Shown: in pieces, positions 1 to 8,859 of the stretch
Layout: every line of letters begins with the position of its first letter
Position numbering within the stretch: the first letter of the stretch is position 1
IMG/VR virus record: IMGVR_UViG_3300007954_000004
Coordinates: 1 to 32,359 of that record
Reading direction: 5' to 3' (one strand)
Source: a virus
Taxonomy: Duplodnaviria; Caudoviricetes
DNA: 32,359 nt
Notes under the pieces: generated by a model
The model's database searches: none
What the model saw: only the letters and a program-made list of their open reading frames with translations
Told to the model about the DNA's origin: nothing
Program-made: the position numbers and the translations under genes

Positions 1-2
1 CA

Positions 3-227
3 GGACAAAACTTTGAAGGAGGAGAATTACACATATTCACAGACGGTGCTAACAAGCCACCAGAGATAATTAAAGCAAAAGCTAATAGATTTATCATATT
101 TCAGGCTGGGCAGCATGTGCACACTGTTAAAACAGTTACTAAAGGTACTCGCCAAGCTTTAGCAATTAATCTATGGGAAAAGGAGCCTTATTCTAAACAA
201 AAAGGTATATTAACCATAGAACAATAA
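3..227 (+). CDS. 2OG-Fe(II) oxygenase superfamily protein, C-terminal part (5'-truncated by window edge)
   Basis: My translation from nt 3: GQNFEGGELHIFTDG...RFIIFQAGQHVHTVKTVTKGTRQALAINLW...EQ-stop (TAA 225-227). The FEGGEL motif, the distal His in HxVxxVxxGxR and the 2-oxoglutarate-binding Arg are typical of prolyl-4-hydroxylase-like 2OG-Fe(II) oxygenases. Not in the supplied ORF track. Confidence 0.8.
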   Translation, partial: GQNFEGGELHIFTDGANKPPEIIKAKANRFIIFQAGQHVHTVKTVTKGTRQALAINLWEKEPYSKQKGILTIEQ

Positions 228-234
228 AAACAAT

Positions 235-1551
235 ATGCAGTTCGGACAAGACTTTGAAAAAATATTCTTTAGACTCTCATTAGAGAAAGTTAAGTATTTA
301 CAAGCTATTAAGTATAACTTTTATACATCAGAAGAAATTGATGCATTAAGTTATTTAGCTAATAAATTCTATAGTAAATTTAATGAGACTCCAACAAAAG
401 AAAACTTAAAGCTTTTAGTCCAGAATCATCCTAAATCAAAAGAGCGAGTTAGTGACAACATCTTAGATATGATCTTCGATGTAGATCTAGATAAGTATGA
501 TGAAGAATGGTTAACAGGAACAGCAGAGGCTTGGATTAAATGGAGAACTTTTAATACATCTTTAACAGATACTATTGAGTTTATTAAAACTACAGAAGTT
601 ACTCCTGAAAATGTAGAATCTATTGTTACAAAAGTTAAAGGCTTAATCAATGATAGGAATAACCTAACATTTAATTCTGATCTAGGTCTTGACTTCTTTG
701 ATTTTGATTCACATGACCAGAAAGAAAACGAAAAGATAAGTACTGGATATAACTTCTTAGATAGAATGCTAGGAGGTGGATATGATAAAGGCGGTAACCT
801 AGTAGTTTATGCAGGAGAACAAAACATTGGTAAGTCTATTTACTTAGCAAACGATGCAGCGAACTTCGTGAAGATGGGAACTAACACTGTAGTAATTACT
901 GCAGAGATGGCAGCCCATAAATTCGTAAAAAGAATCGGTTCTAATCTTCTTAATATTAATATTAATGAATATGCTGAGAAAGCAAAGAATAGAGATCATA
1001 TAAAACGTAGACTAGAAACAGTTGGAGATGGATTTACACCTCCAGGATCTTTATACGTAAAACAATTTCCAACATCACAGGCTACAGTACTAGATATTGA
1101 AGCTTATGTAAATCAAATAGAAGAAGAATTACAGATTAAAGTTGGAGCAGTAGTAATTGACTATATTAATATCTTAGCCAATTATCGTAACCAAAATACG
1201 GAGAATACATACATGAAGATCAAGCAAATTGCAGAGGACCTTCGTGCTATGGGAATGCGTAATGACTGGTTGATCGTAACTGCAACACAAATAAATAGAA
1301 ACGGCTATAACTCTTCAGATATTTCAATGGGTGACGTTGCAGAATCTGCAGGTCTTTCACACACAGCCGACGTAATGCTAGGTATTATCCAAGATGACTT
1401 AATGCGTGCTAACCAAGAGTATTGGTTAAAGGTACTTAAGATCAGGGATGGTGAAGGTAAAGGCAATAAATGTAAACTAAATATTGATTTTAATCACATG
1501 AGATTGGTCGAAACTGAAGACATCGCAAGCTCTAGTATACACAGTATTTAA
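235..1551 (+). CDS. gp41: DnaB-family replicative helicase (T4 gp41-like)
   Basis: 438 aa. ISTGYNFLDRMLGGG, Walker A GEQNIGKS, ITAEM, Walker B VVIDY, TATQINR, ESAGL and KIRDG motifs of the DnaB/gp41 family. Confidence 0.92.
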   Translation: MQFGQDFEKIFFRLSLEKVKYLQAIKYNFYTSEEIDALSYLANKFYSKFNETPTKENLKLLVQNHPKSKERVSDNILDMIFDVDLDKYDEEWLTGTAEAWIKWRTFNTSLTDTIEFIKTTEVTPENVESIVTKVKGLINDRNNLTFNSDLGLDFFDFDSHDQKENEKISTGYNFLDRMLGGGYDKGGNLVVYAGEQNIGKSIYLANDAANFVKMGTNTVVITAEMAAHKFVKRIGSNLLNININEYAEKAKNRDHIKRRLETVGDGFTPPGSLYVKQFPTSQATVLDIEAYVNQIEEELQIKVGAVVIDYINILANYRNQNTENTYMKIKQIAEDLRAMGMRNDWLIVTATQINRNGYNSSDISMGDVAESAGLSHTADVMLGIIQDDLMRANQEYWLKVLKIRDGEGKGNKCKLNIDFNHMRLVETEDIASSSIHSI

Positions 1552-1568
1552 AAAATAAACAAAACAAT

Positions 1569-2006
1569 ATGGCAAAAAATGATAAAATTTTTAATAATAG
1601 TTTTGACACACCAGAATTTGAACTTGGTAGTATAAGTTTTGAATTAGATCCTAGCATTAAAGACACACAACCAGAAGAAGACAAAATACACTTTGAGATG
1701 ATCGCTAGGAAGATCCATGAATTAATTACTATTTCTAGGTTTAAAGTATTTAATGAGATTGATGATTTAGGTAGATGTAATAAACTTAAAAAGAATGACA
1801 TTAACGATGTGTATGGATTTATTATTGATGAGATAGGGCCTAAATGGTCCAACATAGATTTATTTAGTGAACTATGTGTATATTTCGACATTAAACCAGC
1901 AAAATTTTATAGCTCACTTTCTAATGTATATAAGGAAGATCTTATTCAAGAGCTAGATAACAAAACAGGTATTTTAGAAAAGAAGAACATTAAAAGATTA
2001 TTTTAA
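1569..2006 (+). CDS. hypothetical protein
   Basis: 145 aa ORF with an A-rich leader (aaaacaatATG, the same context as the helicase start). It abuts gp47. No recognisable motif. Confidence 0.8.
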   Translation: MAKNDKIFNNSFDTPEFELGSISFELDPSIKDTQPEEDKIHFEMIARKIHELITISRFKVFNEIDDLGRCNKLKKNDINDVYGFIIDEIGPKWSNIDLFSELCVYFDIKPAKFYSSLSNVYKEDLIQELDNKTGILEKKNIKRLF

Positions 2007-3122
2007 ATGATTGAACCCAAGGTAATTAAACAAGGCGCCAAAAGAGTTTGGATCCTTGGAGACTTGCACTTTGGTGTAAGAGCAAATTCAGTCGAGTGGC
2101 TGGATATTCAAAAAGACTTTTTCGAAAATACATTTATCCCTATCTTAAAGAGGGATGTTAAACCCGGTGATGTCTTAGTACAAGTAGGAGATACTTTTGA
2201 TAATAGACAATCTATTAATATTAAAGTCCTAAGTTACGCAGTAAATTTATTTGAAAGACTAGGACAGATTCTACCATGTTATGTAATATGTGGTAACCAT
2301 GATATTTGGGCTAAGAAATCAAATGACATATCTTCGATTGATAGTTTAAAATGGATTCCTAATGTGCAGGTTTACAAAGAGCCTGAGTTACTAAACTGGT
2401 CTGGTAAAAACATTTTACTAATGCCATGGAGAAGAGATGCTGCTCATGAAACTGAAACCTTAGCAGAATATCCACAAGCAGATATTGTATATTGCCACTC
2501 AGAAGTTAGAGGTATTTACCTTAATGCTAAAGTTAAAAATGAACATGGAACAGATTCTAATATCTATGACAGATACATGAGGGTTTATTCAGGACATATT
2601 CACTTTAGACAAGAACGTGGTAAATTATTAATGGTAGGAGTTCCGTATCAATTGACTAGATCGGATAGAGATAATCCAAAAGGTTTTGATATTGTAGATC
2701 TAGAAACAATGGAAGAGACTTTCCATGAAAATCATGATTCACCTAAGTTCTTAAGGTATAATATTAAAGCGCTATATGATATGCCTCTTGGTCAATTTAA
2801 GAAGCAAATAGAAAATAACTTTGTAGATCTATTCGTTCCATCGCAGATCGCTACAACCAATGCATTGAGCCAGTTGGTTAATGAAATTCAAAATATTTCT
2901 AGAAAGTTAGAACCAAATATTTACGAAGAAGATTCATATATCGATAAAGACTTTTATGACATTAATGAAATTGAGGAAATGTATAAAAATTACAATATTC
3001 TTAATTTATGTAATATGTATGTAGATAGTATGAAACAAGATGGTGATTTAACGATAAGACTAAAGAGCAAGTTAAAACAATTGTATACTCAACAAGCATA
3101 CAACTACGACACAGATCAATAA
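2007..3122 (+). CDS. gp47: recombination endonuclease subunit, Mre11/SbcD-like (T4 gp47-like)
   Basis: Metallophosphoesterase motifs GDLHFG, GDTFD, GNHD and SGHIH. Directly followed by a Rad50-like ATPase. Confidence 0.93.
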   Translation: MIEPKVIKQGAKRVWILGDLHFGVRANSVEWLDIQKDFFENTFIPILKRDVKPGDVLVQVGDTFDNRQSINIKVLSYAVNLFERLGQILPCYVICGNHDIWAKKSNDISSIDSLKWIPNVQVYKEPELLNWSGKNILLMPWRRDAAHETETLAEYPQADIVYCHSEVRGIYLNAKVKNEHGTDSNIYDRYMRVYSGHIHFRQERGKLLMVGVPYQLTRSDRDNPKGFDIVDLETMEETFHENHDSPKFLRYNIKALYDMPLGQFKKQIENNFVDLFVPSQIATTNALSQLVNEIQNISRKLEPNIYEEDSYIDKDFYDINEIEEMYKNYNILNLCNMYVDSMKQDGDLTIRLKSKLKQLYTQQAYNYDTDQ

Positions 3123-4793
3123 ATGAGAATAGACTATATTGAATTTAAGAATTTTGCTTCCTACGGAAATCAAAAACAGAGAATAGAATTTAAAGAAGAT
3201 ACCTCTGAGTTATTTTTAACTCTAGGTAAAAACGGTGATGGTAAAACTACTATTGCTAATGCTATTATCTATGCTTTGTATGGTAAAGTTGAAGGTGTAA
3301 AATTATCAGATCTACCAAATAGAATTAATAAAGAACTACATGTTAAGATTGGTCTTATGTGTGGTACTATGAAGATTGAAATTGAAAGAGGCTTAATGCC
3401 TAATAAGTTTTCTGTATTAATTAATGGAGTTGAATTTGATAAAGCAGGTAAAAAGTCTGTACAAGATTATTTAGAAGAAGAGGTATTCGGTATTCCATAT
3501 CATGTATTTAAAAATATAATTATCTTATCAGTAAATGATTTTAAATCTTTCTTAACCATGTCTAATTCGGATAAGAAACAAATTATTGATAGAATGTTTG
3601 GCTTCTCTATTCTTAATGATATGCAAAGGCAAATCAAAGATGAACGTAGAGATATTAAATTTGATATTGACGCTTTTGATGCTGAGTTAAATGAGATAAT
3701 GAATTCAATTGGATCTGTTAGAGGTAAACTAAATACACTATTAGAAGAATCTAAGACTGTAAATAAATCTAAGATTCAAGAATTAAAAGATGAATTAGTA
3801 GCTCTACACGAAGTAGTATTAGATATTGAATCTAATCGTAAGAAAGAGGAAGGCGCAATGAATACCTTCAATACTCAATATAACGAGAAGCGTACAGAAG
3901 CTGGAGATATTAAAAGAGAGATTGATTATCTAAATAAGAAGTTAAAGTTATATGAGAGTGGGCATTGTCCAACATGTGAAACTAAGTTAACTTCAGATTG
4001 GCATAAAACGCAGAAAGTAGAATTTGCAGATAAGATAGAATCGAGTACAGATCAGATTAAATCAATTAAGGCTGAGATGGATGAATTACAAGAAAAAGTA
4101 ATTACAGCAAGAGAGACTAAGCTAGAACTAGAGGGTCAGATCTCAGATAACAAAGTAACAATGCGAGGACTTAAAGGAGAACTCGTTAAATTAAAAGATA
4201 CTCCAGAAGGTTCAGACTTTGACCACTTAAGAAATCTTATTACAGAATTTGAAGAAAAAGAGGCTGCTAAATCTACAAGTAAAGATACCTTAAATGCAGA
4301 CTATAATTTTATGGAAATTGTAGAAAATATACTAGGTGAAGATGGAGTAAAGAATTTAGCAGTTAAAACTATCCTACCAGGACTTAATACTAATATAGCT
4401 GCAATGACTCAAACGATGCACTTGCAATTCCATATTAGATTTGATGAGAAGTTTAATTGTATTATTAATCACCTAGGTGAAGATATTAATCCAATGACAC
4501 TTTCAACAGGTGAGCGTAAGAAAGCAGACTTTATTGTTATTATCGCAATCATTAAGATCTTAAAGTTAAGATTCCCACAACTAAACCTTTTGTTCTTGGA
4601 TGAGTTATTATCTTCAGTAGATCATGATGGCGTTTACAATATATTAAAGATTTTAAATCAAGTAATTAAAGAACATGAAATAAATACATTTGTAATTAAT
4701 CACTCGGTATTACCACATGAGATATTTGATAAGAAGATACAAATATATAGAGAGAATGGCTTTTCTAAGTTTACTATCGAAAACATAGATTAA
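3123..4793 (+). CDS. gp46: recombination ATPase subunit, Rad50/SbcC-like (T4 gp46-like)
   Basis: Walker A GKNGDGKT, coiled coil with central zinc-hook CPTC, signature LSTGE, Walker B LFLDE and H-loop VINH. Confidence 0.94.
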   Translation: MRIDYIEFKNFASYGNQKQRIEFKEDTSELFLTLGKNGDGKTTIANAIIYALYGKVEGVKLSDLPNRINKELHVKIGLMCGTMKIEIERGLMPNKFSVLINGVEFDKAGKKSVQDYLEEEVFGIPYHVFKNIIILSVNDFKSFLTMSNSDKKQIIDRMFGFSILNDMQRQIKDERRDIKFDIDAFDAELNEIMNSIGSVRGKLNTLLEESKTVNKSKIQELKDELVALHEVVLDIESNRKKEEGAMNTFNTQYNEKRTEAGDIKREIDYLNKKLKLYESGHCPTCETKLTSDWHKTQKVEFADKIESSTDQIKSIKAEMDELQEKVITARETKLELEGQISDNKVTMRGLKGELVKLKDTPEGSDFDHLRNLITEFEEKEAAKSTSKDTLNADYNFMEIVENILGEDGVKNLAVKTILPGLNTNIAAMTQTMHLQFHIRFDEKFNCIINHLGEDINPMTLSTGERKKADFIVIIAIIKILKLRFPQLNLLFLDELLSSVDHDGVYNILKILNQVIKEHEINTFVINHSVLPHEIFDKKIQIYRENGFSKFTIENID

Positions 4794-4797
4794 CTAG

Positions 4798-4806
4798 GAT
4801 ATATAA
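4798..4806 (+). promoter_or_regulatory. putative late promoter GATATATAA
   Basis: Intergenic copy of a motif repeated upstream of structural genes. Its G is 39 nt before ATG 4837. Confidence 0.7.
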
Positions 4807-4836
4807 TAAAAGAAATAAAAATATACAAATAATATT

Positions 4837-5511
4837 ATGCCAATATCAGCAAGACAATTTGGAGTTAAAAACGACGCTTCAGCATTAAACCTAACAGGAT
4901 ATACCGATCATGGTATATTGTTAGTACAAGATTCAGCAGCAGCACCGGGATTTAACGGAGGAACACCTTCTACAGAAGGAGTTCAATGGAATATGGGACC
5001 AGACGAAGAAAGGTTCGAAAATATTATTGCTTATACTAAACCTGCAATAAACGATGATTCTTCAGGCGATCTTACTACCGAAGGTACTATTGATACTGCA
5101 GGATATGAGCCAGGAGACGCAGTAGTAAATTATCAATACAATGGTGCAGGTAGAAAAATATCTTTCATAGGATGTTCTGATGCAGATTTTTTAGGAGTAT
5201 CTCAAGATTTAGTTCCTAATGAAAATTTTACTAGTACTACTGAAGCAGCTAACTATTTTAATAATGTAGCAGAATCCGCATGGACAAACTATGTTGCACA
5301 AGGTGAAAGCCCAACTCCTGCAACAACACAAGCACCAGAAGCAACAGAAGCAACACAAGCAACCACTGTTGTAGATGGAGAAGGTCCAAGAGATGAAGGA
5401 GAAGAACCAACCTTTGCAACATCTGCAACAACACAAGCGCCAGAAGCAACAGATGCAACAACCGAAAGACTTATTGAAAAGCCAACAGGTGAAGAAGGCG
5501 GAGGAGAATAA
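4837..5511 (+). CDS. hypothetical acidic protein with Thr/Ala/Glu/Pro-rich tail, probable virion/decoration protein
   Basis: 224 aa. About 150 aa globular N-terminal part (WNMGPDEE, WTNY), then ATTQAPEAT(E/D)AT repeats. Flanked by its own late-type motif and a terminator. Confidence 0.7.
   Translation: MPISARQFGVKNDASALNLTGYTDHGILLVQDSAAAPGFNGGTPSTEGVQWNMGPDEERFENIIAYTKPAINDDSSGDLTTEGTIDTAGYEPGDAVVNYQYNGAGRKISFIGCSDADFLGVSQDLVPNENFTSTTEAANYFNNVAESAWTNYVAQGESPTPATTQAPEATEATQATTVVDGEGPRDEGEEPTFATSATTQAPEATDATTERLIEKPTGEEGGGE
5320..5460 (+). repeat. 36-nt direct repeat (5320-5355 and 5425-5460) encoding ATTQAPEAT(E/D)AT
   Basis: gcaacaacacaagc(a/g)ccagaagcaacaga(a/t)gcaaca, with two mismatches. 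Confidence 0.85.
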
Positions 5512-5541
5512 TCTACTCTAATTTAATTTAATTAACTAAGG

Positions 5542-5569
5542 ATGGCCAATAGAAATATTGGCCATTTTT
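5542..5569 (+). terminator. intrinsic terminator
   Basis: 10-bp perfect stem ATGGCCAATA/TATTGGCCAT, GAAA tetraloop, followed by TTTTGTTT. Confidence 0.85.
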
Positions 5570-5586
5570 GTTTGATCAGAAAAGAT

Positions 5587-5595
5587 GATATATAA
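5587..5595 (+). promoter_or_regulatory. putative late promoter GATATATAA (probably leaderless transcript)
   Basis: The motif ends 3 nt before ATG 5599. Confidence 0.7.
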
Positions 5596-5598
5596 TAT

Positions 5599-6672
5599 AT
5601 GGCTACATACAATTTAAAATTTAATAAAGACGATTCAGTTATCAGACATGTCATTGTTGGTCTATTAGCAGACCTTAATGATAAATTAAGCTTTTATAGA
5701 CAGATTAGTAATGATGAAAGGGCAGAAATAGATGTACCTTTCTTTTATGCAGTATCTGGAGATGAAAACTTTATGAAAGATAGCTTCTTATTCTCTAGCG
5801 TCAATGGAGAGTCATGTGATCCTAATGGAGATTTTGCAGATGGTAATTACGATAAAGTACCAAGAGGTATTGTAAACCTAACTTCATTCGCAGTAGATCC
5901 ATCAAAGCTAGTTAATAAAAGAAACATGGGTCATTATATGATGATGAACGAAGATGGCTTAATGGAAGGTTATGTCGCTGAATTCGAAATGATCCCATGT
6001 ATAATAGGAGTTGATGTTGAAATATTAGTATCAAGTCAATTAGACCTATTTAAAGTTACTGAATCTATTGTAAAGAAAATGTACAAGGCTAATTTCTACC
6101 ATGTAGATGCTGGACATTTAGAAGAGGGAACTTACAGAATTACATCTGAGTATATGATGCCAGATGATTATACACAAGATAGACCTGTTGAATATTCATT
6201 TGATGATAAACAAAACCATAAAGTTAGTTTCTCATTAGAGATTAATGCATTTATACCATCATTTGACTTTGAAGAAGATGTTTATAGAAAATTCACTAGA
6301 ACTGCCTATGCTAATGCTATTGTTGGAGACTATGTAGATCCTAATGGATTCTTAGATCCTACAGTACATCCACAAGTATATTACGATACTTATGAGCCAG
6401 CTAAATGGGAAGCTAATGGAGAACAATGGATTAAAACAGAAGTTGGGGTAGATGTAACCGACTCAGTTATTTCAGAAACATTAGGTAATCAATTAACAAC
6501 AGAATCTCAAATTAAACGACTTACTAGACGTAGAAAACAATCTAATAGAATGTTCGGTATTGGTAATAGTAATCTAACCGTACCTGGTATGGGAACTCCA
6601 GATAGTGCGCTACTTGGAGACAATTACGAGGTAAAAGCAAAGCAGACACCGTTCGGAGATAAAATAGACTAA
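5599..6672 (+). CDS. gp15: tail terminator / sheath stabilizer (T4 gp15-like) with C-terminal extension
   Basis: IRHVIVGLLADLN, IDVPFFY, VPRGIVNLTSFAVD and IPCIIGVDVEILVSSQLDLFKVTESIV parallel the conserved gp15 blocks (IKVPITY, LPRI, P..M..EL.I......DMFQIVEQI). Confidence 0.7.
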   Translation: MATYNLKFNKDDSVIRHVIVGLLADLNDKLSFYRQISNDERAEIDVPFFYAVSGDENFMKDSFLFSSVNGESCDPNGDFADGNYDKVPRGIVNLTSFAVDPSKLVNKRNMGHYMMMNEDGLMEGYVAEFEMIPCIIGVDVEILVSSQLDLFKVTESIVKKMYKANFYHVDAGHLEEGTYRITSEYMMPDDYTQDRPVEYSFDDKQNHKVSFSLEINAFIPSFDFEEDVYRKFTRTAYANAIVGDYVDPNGFLDPTVHPQVYYDTYEPAKWEANGEQWIKTEVGVDVTDSVISETLGNQLTTESQIKRLTRRRKQSNRMFGIGNSNLTVPGMGTPDSALLGDNYEVKAKQTPFGDKID

Positions 6673-6682
6673 TAATTTGATA

Positions 6683-6691
6683 GATATATAC
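6683..6691 (+). promoter_or_regulatory. putative late promoter GATATATAC
   Basis: Variant of the repeated motif, 34 nt before ATG 6717. Confidence 0.65.
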
Positions 6692-6716
6692 AATAAGAAA
6701 ACATAAAAATTTCAAA

Positions 6717-7901
6717 ATGACAAATACATTTAACAAAGGAATTAAGTCACCTATCTTAGAAGAAGGGCAAGGATATATTTTCCATGCCGCAGGTGGAGAT
6801 TTCAAAATCACAGGAAGTCATATCGAAACTGTAGCTGAAACTAATGAGACATTTAGAACTTTAGTAGCAGCAGGGAAAATATTCGATATTAACGAATCTG
6901 GTATCTCTTTTTACTATGATTACAATGCTAAATCACCAGTAACTAAAATACAAGAAGGTTCAGTAGAAAACTTTGATAGCTATTTAGCTTTAACTGAAAA
7001 GTTATCATTCTTAGAAAAAACTGCAAAAGAACTTAGAACTTCTTATGGTACAGGTGAAAAATCCGGAGCTTTAACAGAAGCTAATAAGGAAATTAAAACT
7101 ACTAAAGCTGCAATAAACGAAGCGAAAGCTAGTAGCTTAACAGTAAGATTCTCATACGATGTAAATGAGAACGTATATAAAGCAGGTAATATCGAAATGC
7201 CAATTGGTTCTGAAGATAAACTATCTGAAGTATTCTTTGCATCAGCATATATTAAATATGCAGATAAAAAATTAATCGAAGCATTTCAATTAGCATGTGA
7301 AAACTATAACTCATATAAAGTATTAGATTTTATTACAGAATCTAAGAAAGGTGATGTTACTGTTGTAACAATGAGAGCTGAAAAAAATGCATTTGTATTC
7401 AGAGCAAACGAATCTACTAAATTAGCTAGCTTTGAAAAAATGCTAAGTAATGCAGCAATAGAATATGTAAAAGAACAAACTGGAGCAGATATTACTGAGC
7501 AGTTCGAAGATCTTTTAGAGTCTAATGCAATATTAGAATCTAAGAAAGCAGAAACTAAAGCACTTTACAAAGAAATGTTATCGTTCTTATATGACCAAAA
7601 AGGTAGATTAGCAGAAGCTGATAGAAACCTTCCGGACATTAAAGCTGCTGATAAATTAATAGGATCTGAAATTACTAAAGTAAATCAAGTAATAGAAGCC
7701 CTAGAAGAAGATGTATTAACTATCGAAGATGGTTATATTGATGCTACATTAAAAACAAATGTTGAGGGACTTGAAGAAGCCTCTTCAATTAAAGTGGATG
7801 CTGTAGAATATACACAAGCTGGTAAGAACGATATTCTAACTGTATTTGTTGATAGCAAACCATACAGAATAGAAAAGTACAAAATTGAAGTTCCTTCTTA
7901 A
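6717..7901 (+). CDS. hypothetical late protein, possible prohead core/internal protein
   Basis: 394 aa. Late-type motif upstream and terminator downstream. Many (I/L)xE-(S/A) sites (INES, LTEA, INEA, ITES, LLES, ILES) resemble gp21 cleavage sites. Confidence 0.6.
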   Translation: MTNTFNKGIKSPILEEGQGYIFHAAGGDFKITGSHIETVAETNETFRTLVAAGKIFDINESGISFYYDYNAKSPVTKIQEGSVENFDSYLALTEKLSFLEKTAKELRTSYGTGEKSGALTEANKEIKTTKAAINEAKASSLTVRFSYDVNENVYKAGNIEMPIGSEDKLSEVFFASAYIKYADKKLIEAFQLACENYNSYKVLDFITESKKGDVTVVTMRAEKNAFVFRANESTKLASFEKMLSNAAIEYVKEQTGADITEQFEDLLESNAILESKKAETKALYKEMLSFLYDQKGRLAEADRNLPDIKAADKLIGSEITKVNQVIEALEEDVLTIEDGYIDATLKTNVEGLEEASSIKVDAVEYTQAGKNDILTVFVDSKPYRIEKYKIEVPS

Positions 7902-7937
7902 GAAGATACTACTTAATACACATCACGATCTATTAAG

Positions 7938-7970
7938 AAAAAGCCCATTCGAAACAAATGGGCTTTTTTT
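7938..7970 (+). terminator. intrinsic terminator
   Basis: AAAAAGCCCATT-cgaaaca-AATGGGC followed by T7. Confidence 0.85.
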
Positions 7971-7978
7971 AGTATAAC
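7951..7978 (+). promoter_or_regulatory. putative pre-late promoter GAAAC-N17-TATAAC overlapping the terminator
   Basis: AAAC 7952-7955 and TATAAC 7973-7978. The same arrangement occurs at 18021 and 20525. Confidence 0.5.
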
Positions 7979-8002
7979 TAGTAATCTAATTAAACACACA
8001 CT

Positions 8003-8380
8003 GTGCCAAGAAAAAAGAATTACTTAAATAACAAAGACCTATACAATCAGATTGTACAGTCTTTAGAAGATGATAAGCTAACAAAGGACGCTGAGAAGAT
8101 GTTGATACTAATCGCAGAAAGAGCAATTAGAAAACTAGTTTATCTAAATATAGACGATAAGAACGACTGTATGCAATTTGCAATATTAGACCTTCTTAAG
8201 TACTGGAGAAACTTCAACCCTAAATATACTAACGCATTTGCATACTTTACGGAGATTGCAAAAAGAGGTTACGCTAAAGGCTGGAATAAAATCCACCCTA
8301 CTAAATATAAAAATACAATGTCAATGGATCGTATCAACACTAAAGGTGGTGATGGCGAATCTGGAATGTTTAATATTTAA
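8003..8380 (+). CDS. gp55: late-transcription sigma factor (T4 gp55-like), very short, GTG start
   Basis: NYLNNKDLY, MLILIAER, LKYWRNFNPKYTNAFAYFTEIAKRGY match the gp55 blocks YVNNKEL, IMLIAE and NFD..K..N..AY.TQ. 125 aa. Confidence 0.82.
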   Translation: MPRKKNYLNNKDLYNQIVQSLEDDKLTKDAEKMLILIAERAIRKLVYLNIDDKNDCMQFAILDLLKYWRNFNPKYTNAFAYFTEIAKRGYAKGWNKIHPTKYKNTMSMDRINTKGGDGESGMFNI

Positions 8381-8859
8381 TGTCAATAAAGAACTTAAAA
8401 CCTAGTGGCAACTCAGGATTTGTACAAGGGTATTACAACCCATTAAATCCAGATAAGTATATCGGTCCAACGCCGATCATTTATCGTTCCTCATGGGAAA
8501 GAAAGTTCTGTATTATGTGTGATAATAAAGAAAGCGTATTAAAATGGTCAAGTGAACCTGTAACTATTAAGTATAAATGGTCAAAAGATGGTAAAGAACA
8601 TAAGTACTATCCAGACTTCTATATGAAAACTGCAGGTGAAAATGATGAAGGTCCGGTGGAATGGCTGGTTGAAATTAAACCAGAGGCACAGATTAAAAAA
8701 CCACTCCCGCCTAAGACTAAATCTAAGAAGGCACTTAATTCCTATAAATTCTTAGCCGAAGCCTATATTAAAAATCGTGATAAATATGCTTATGCAAATG
8801 CTTGGTGTGAAAACCGAGGTTGGCGATTTATAGTCTTAACTGAAAAGACACTTAAATAA
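8380..8859 (+). CDS. gp4: head completion nuclease (T4 gp4-like, TnsA-type PD-(D/E)xK)
   Basis: NPDKYIG, IIYRSSWERKF, WSSEP, YYPDF, VEIKP and F.VLTE motifs. Confidence 0.88.
   Translation: MSIKNLKPSGNSGFVQGYYNPLNPDKYIGPTPIIYRSSWERKFCIMCDNKESVLKWSSEPVTIKYKWSKDGKEHKYYPDFYMKTAGENDEGPVEWLVEIKPEAQIKKPLPPKTKSKKALNSYKFLAEAYIKNRDKYAYANAWCENRGWRFIVLTEKTLK

Noticed and set aside
5209-5461. Cys-rich and Leu-rich minus-strand ORFs
   Set aside because: They are the reverse complement of the GCA/ACA repeat tail of the 4837 gene.
8380-8859. TnsA-like nuclease as a transposon or homing endonuclease
   Set aside because: Its motifs and position next to gp2 fit the core head-completion protein gp4. There are no transposon ends or partner genes.
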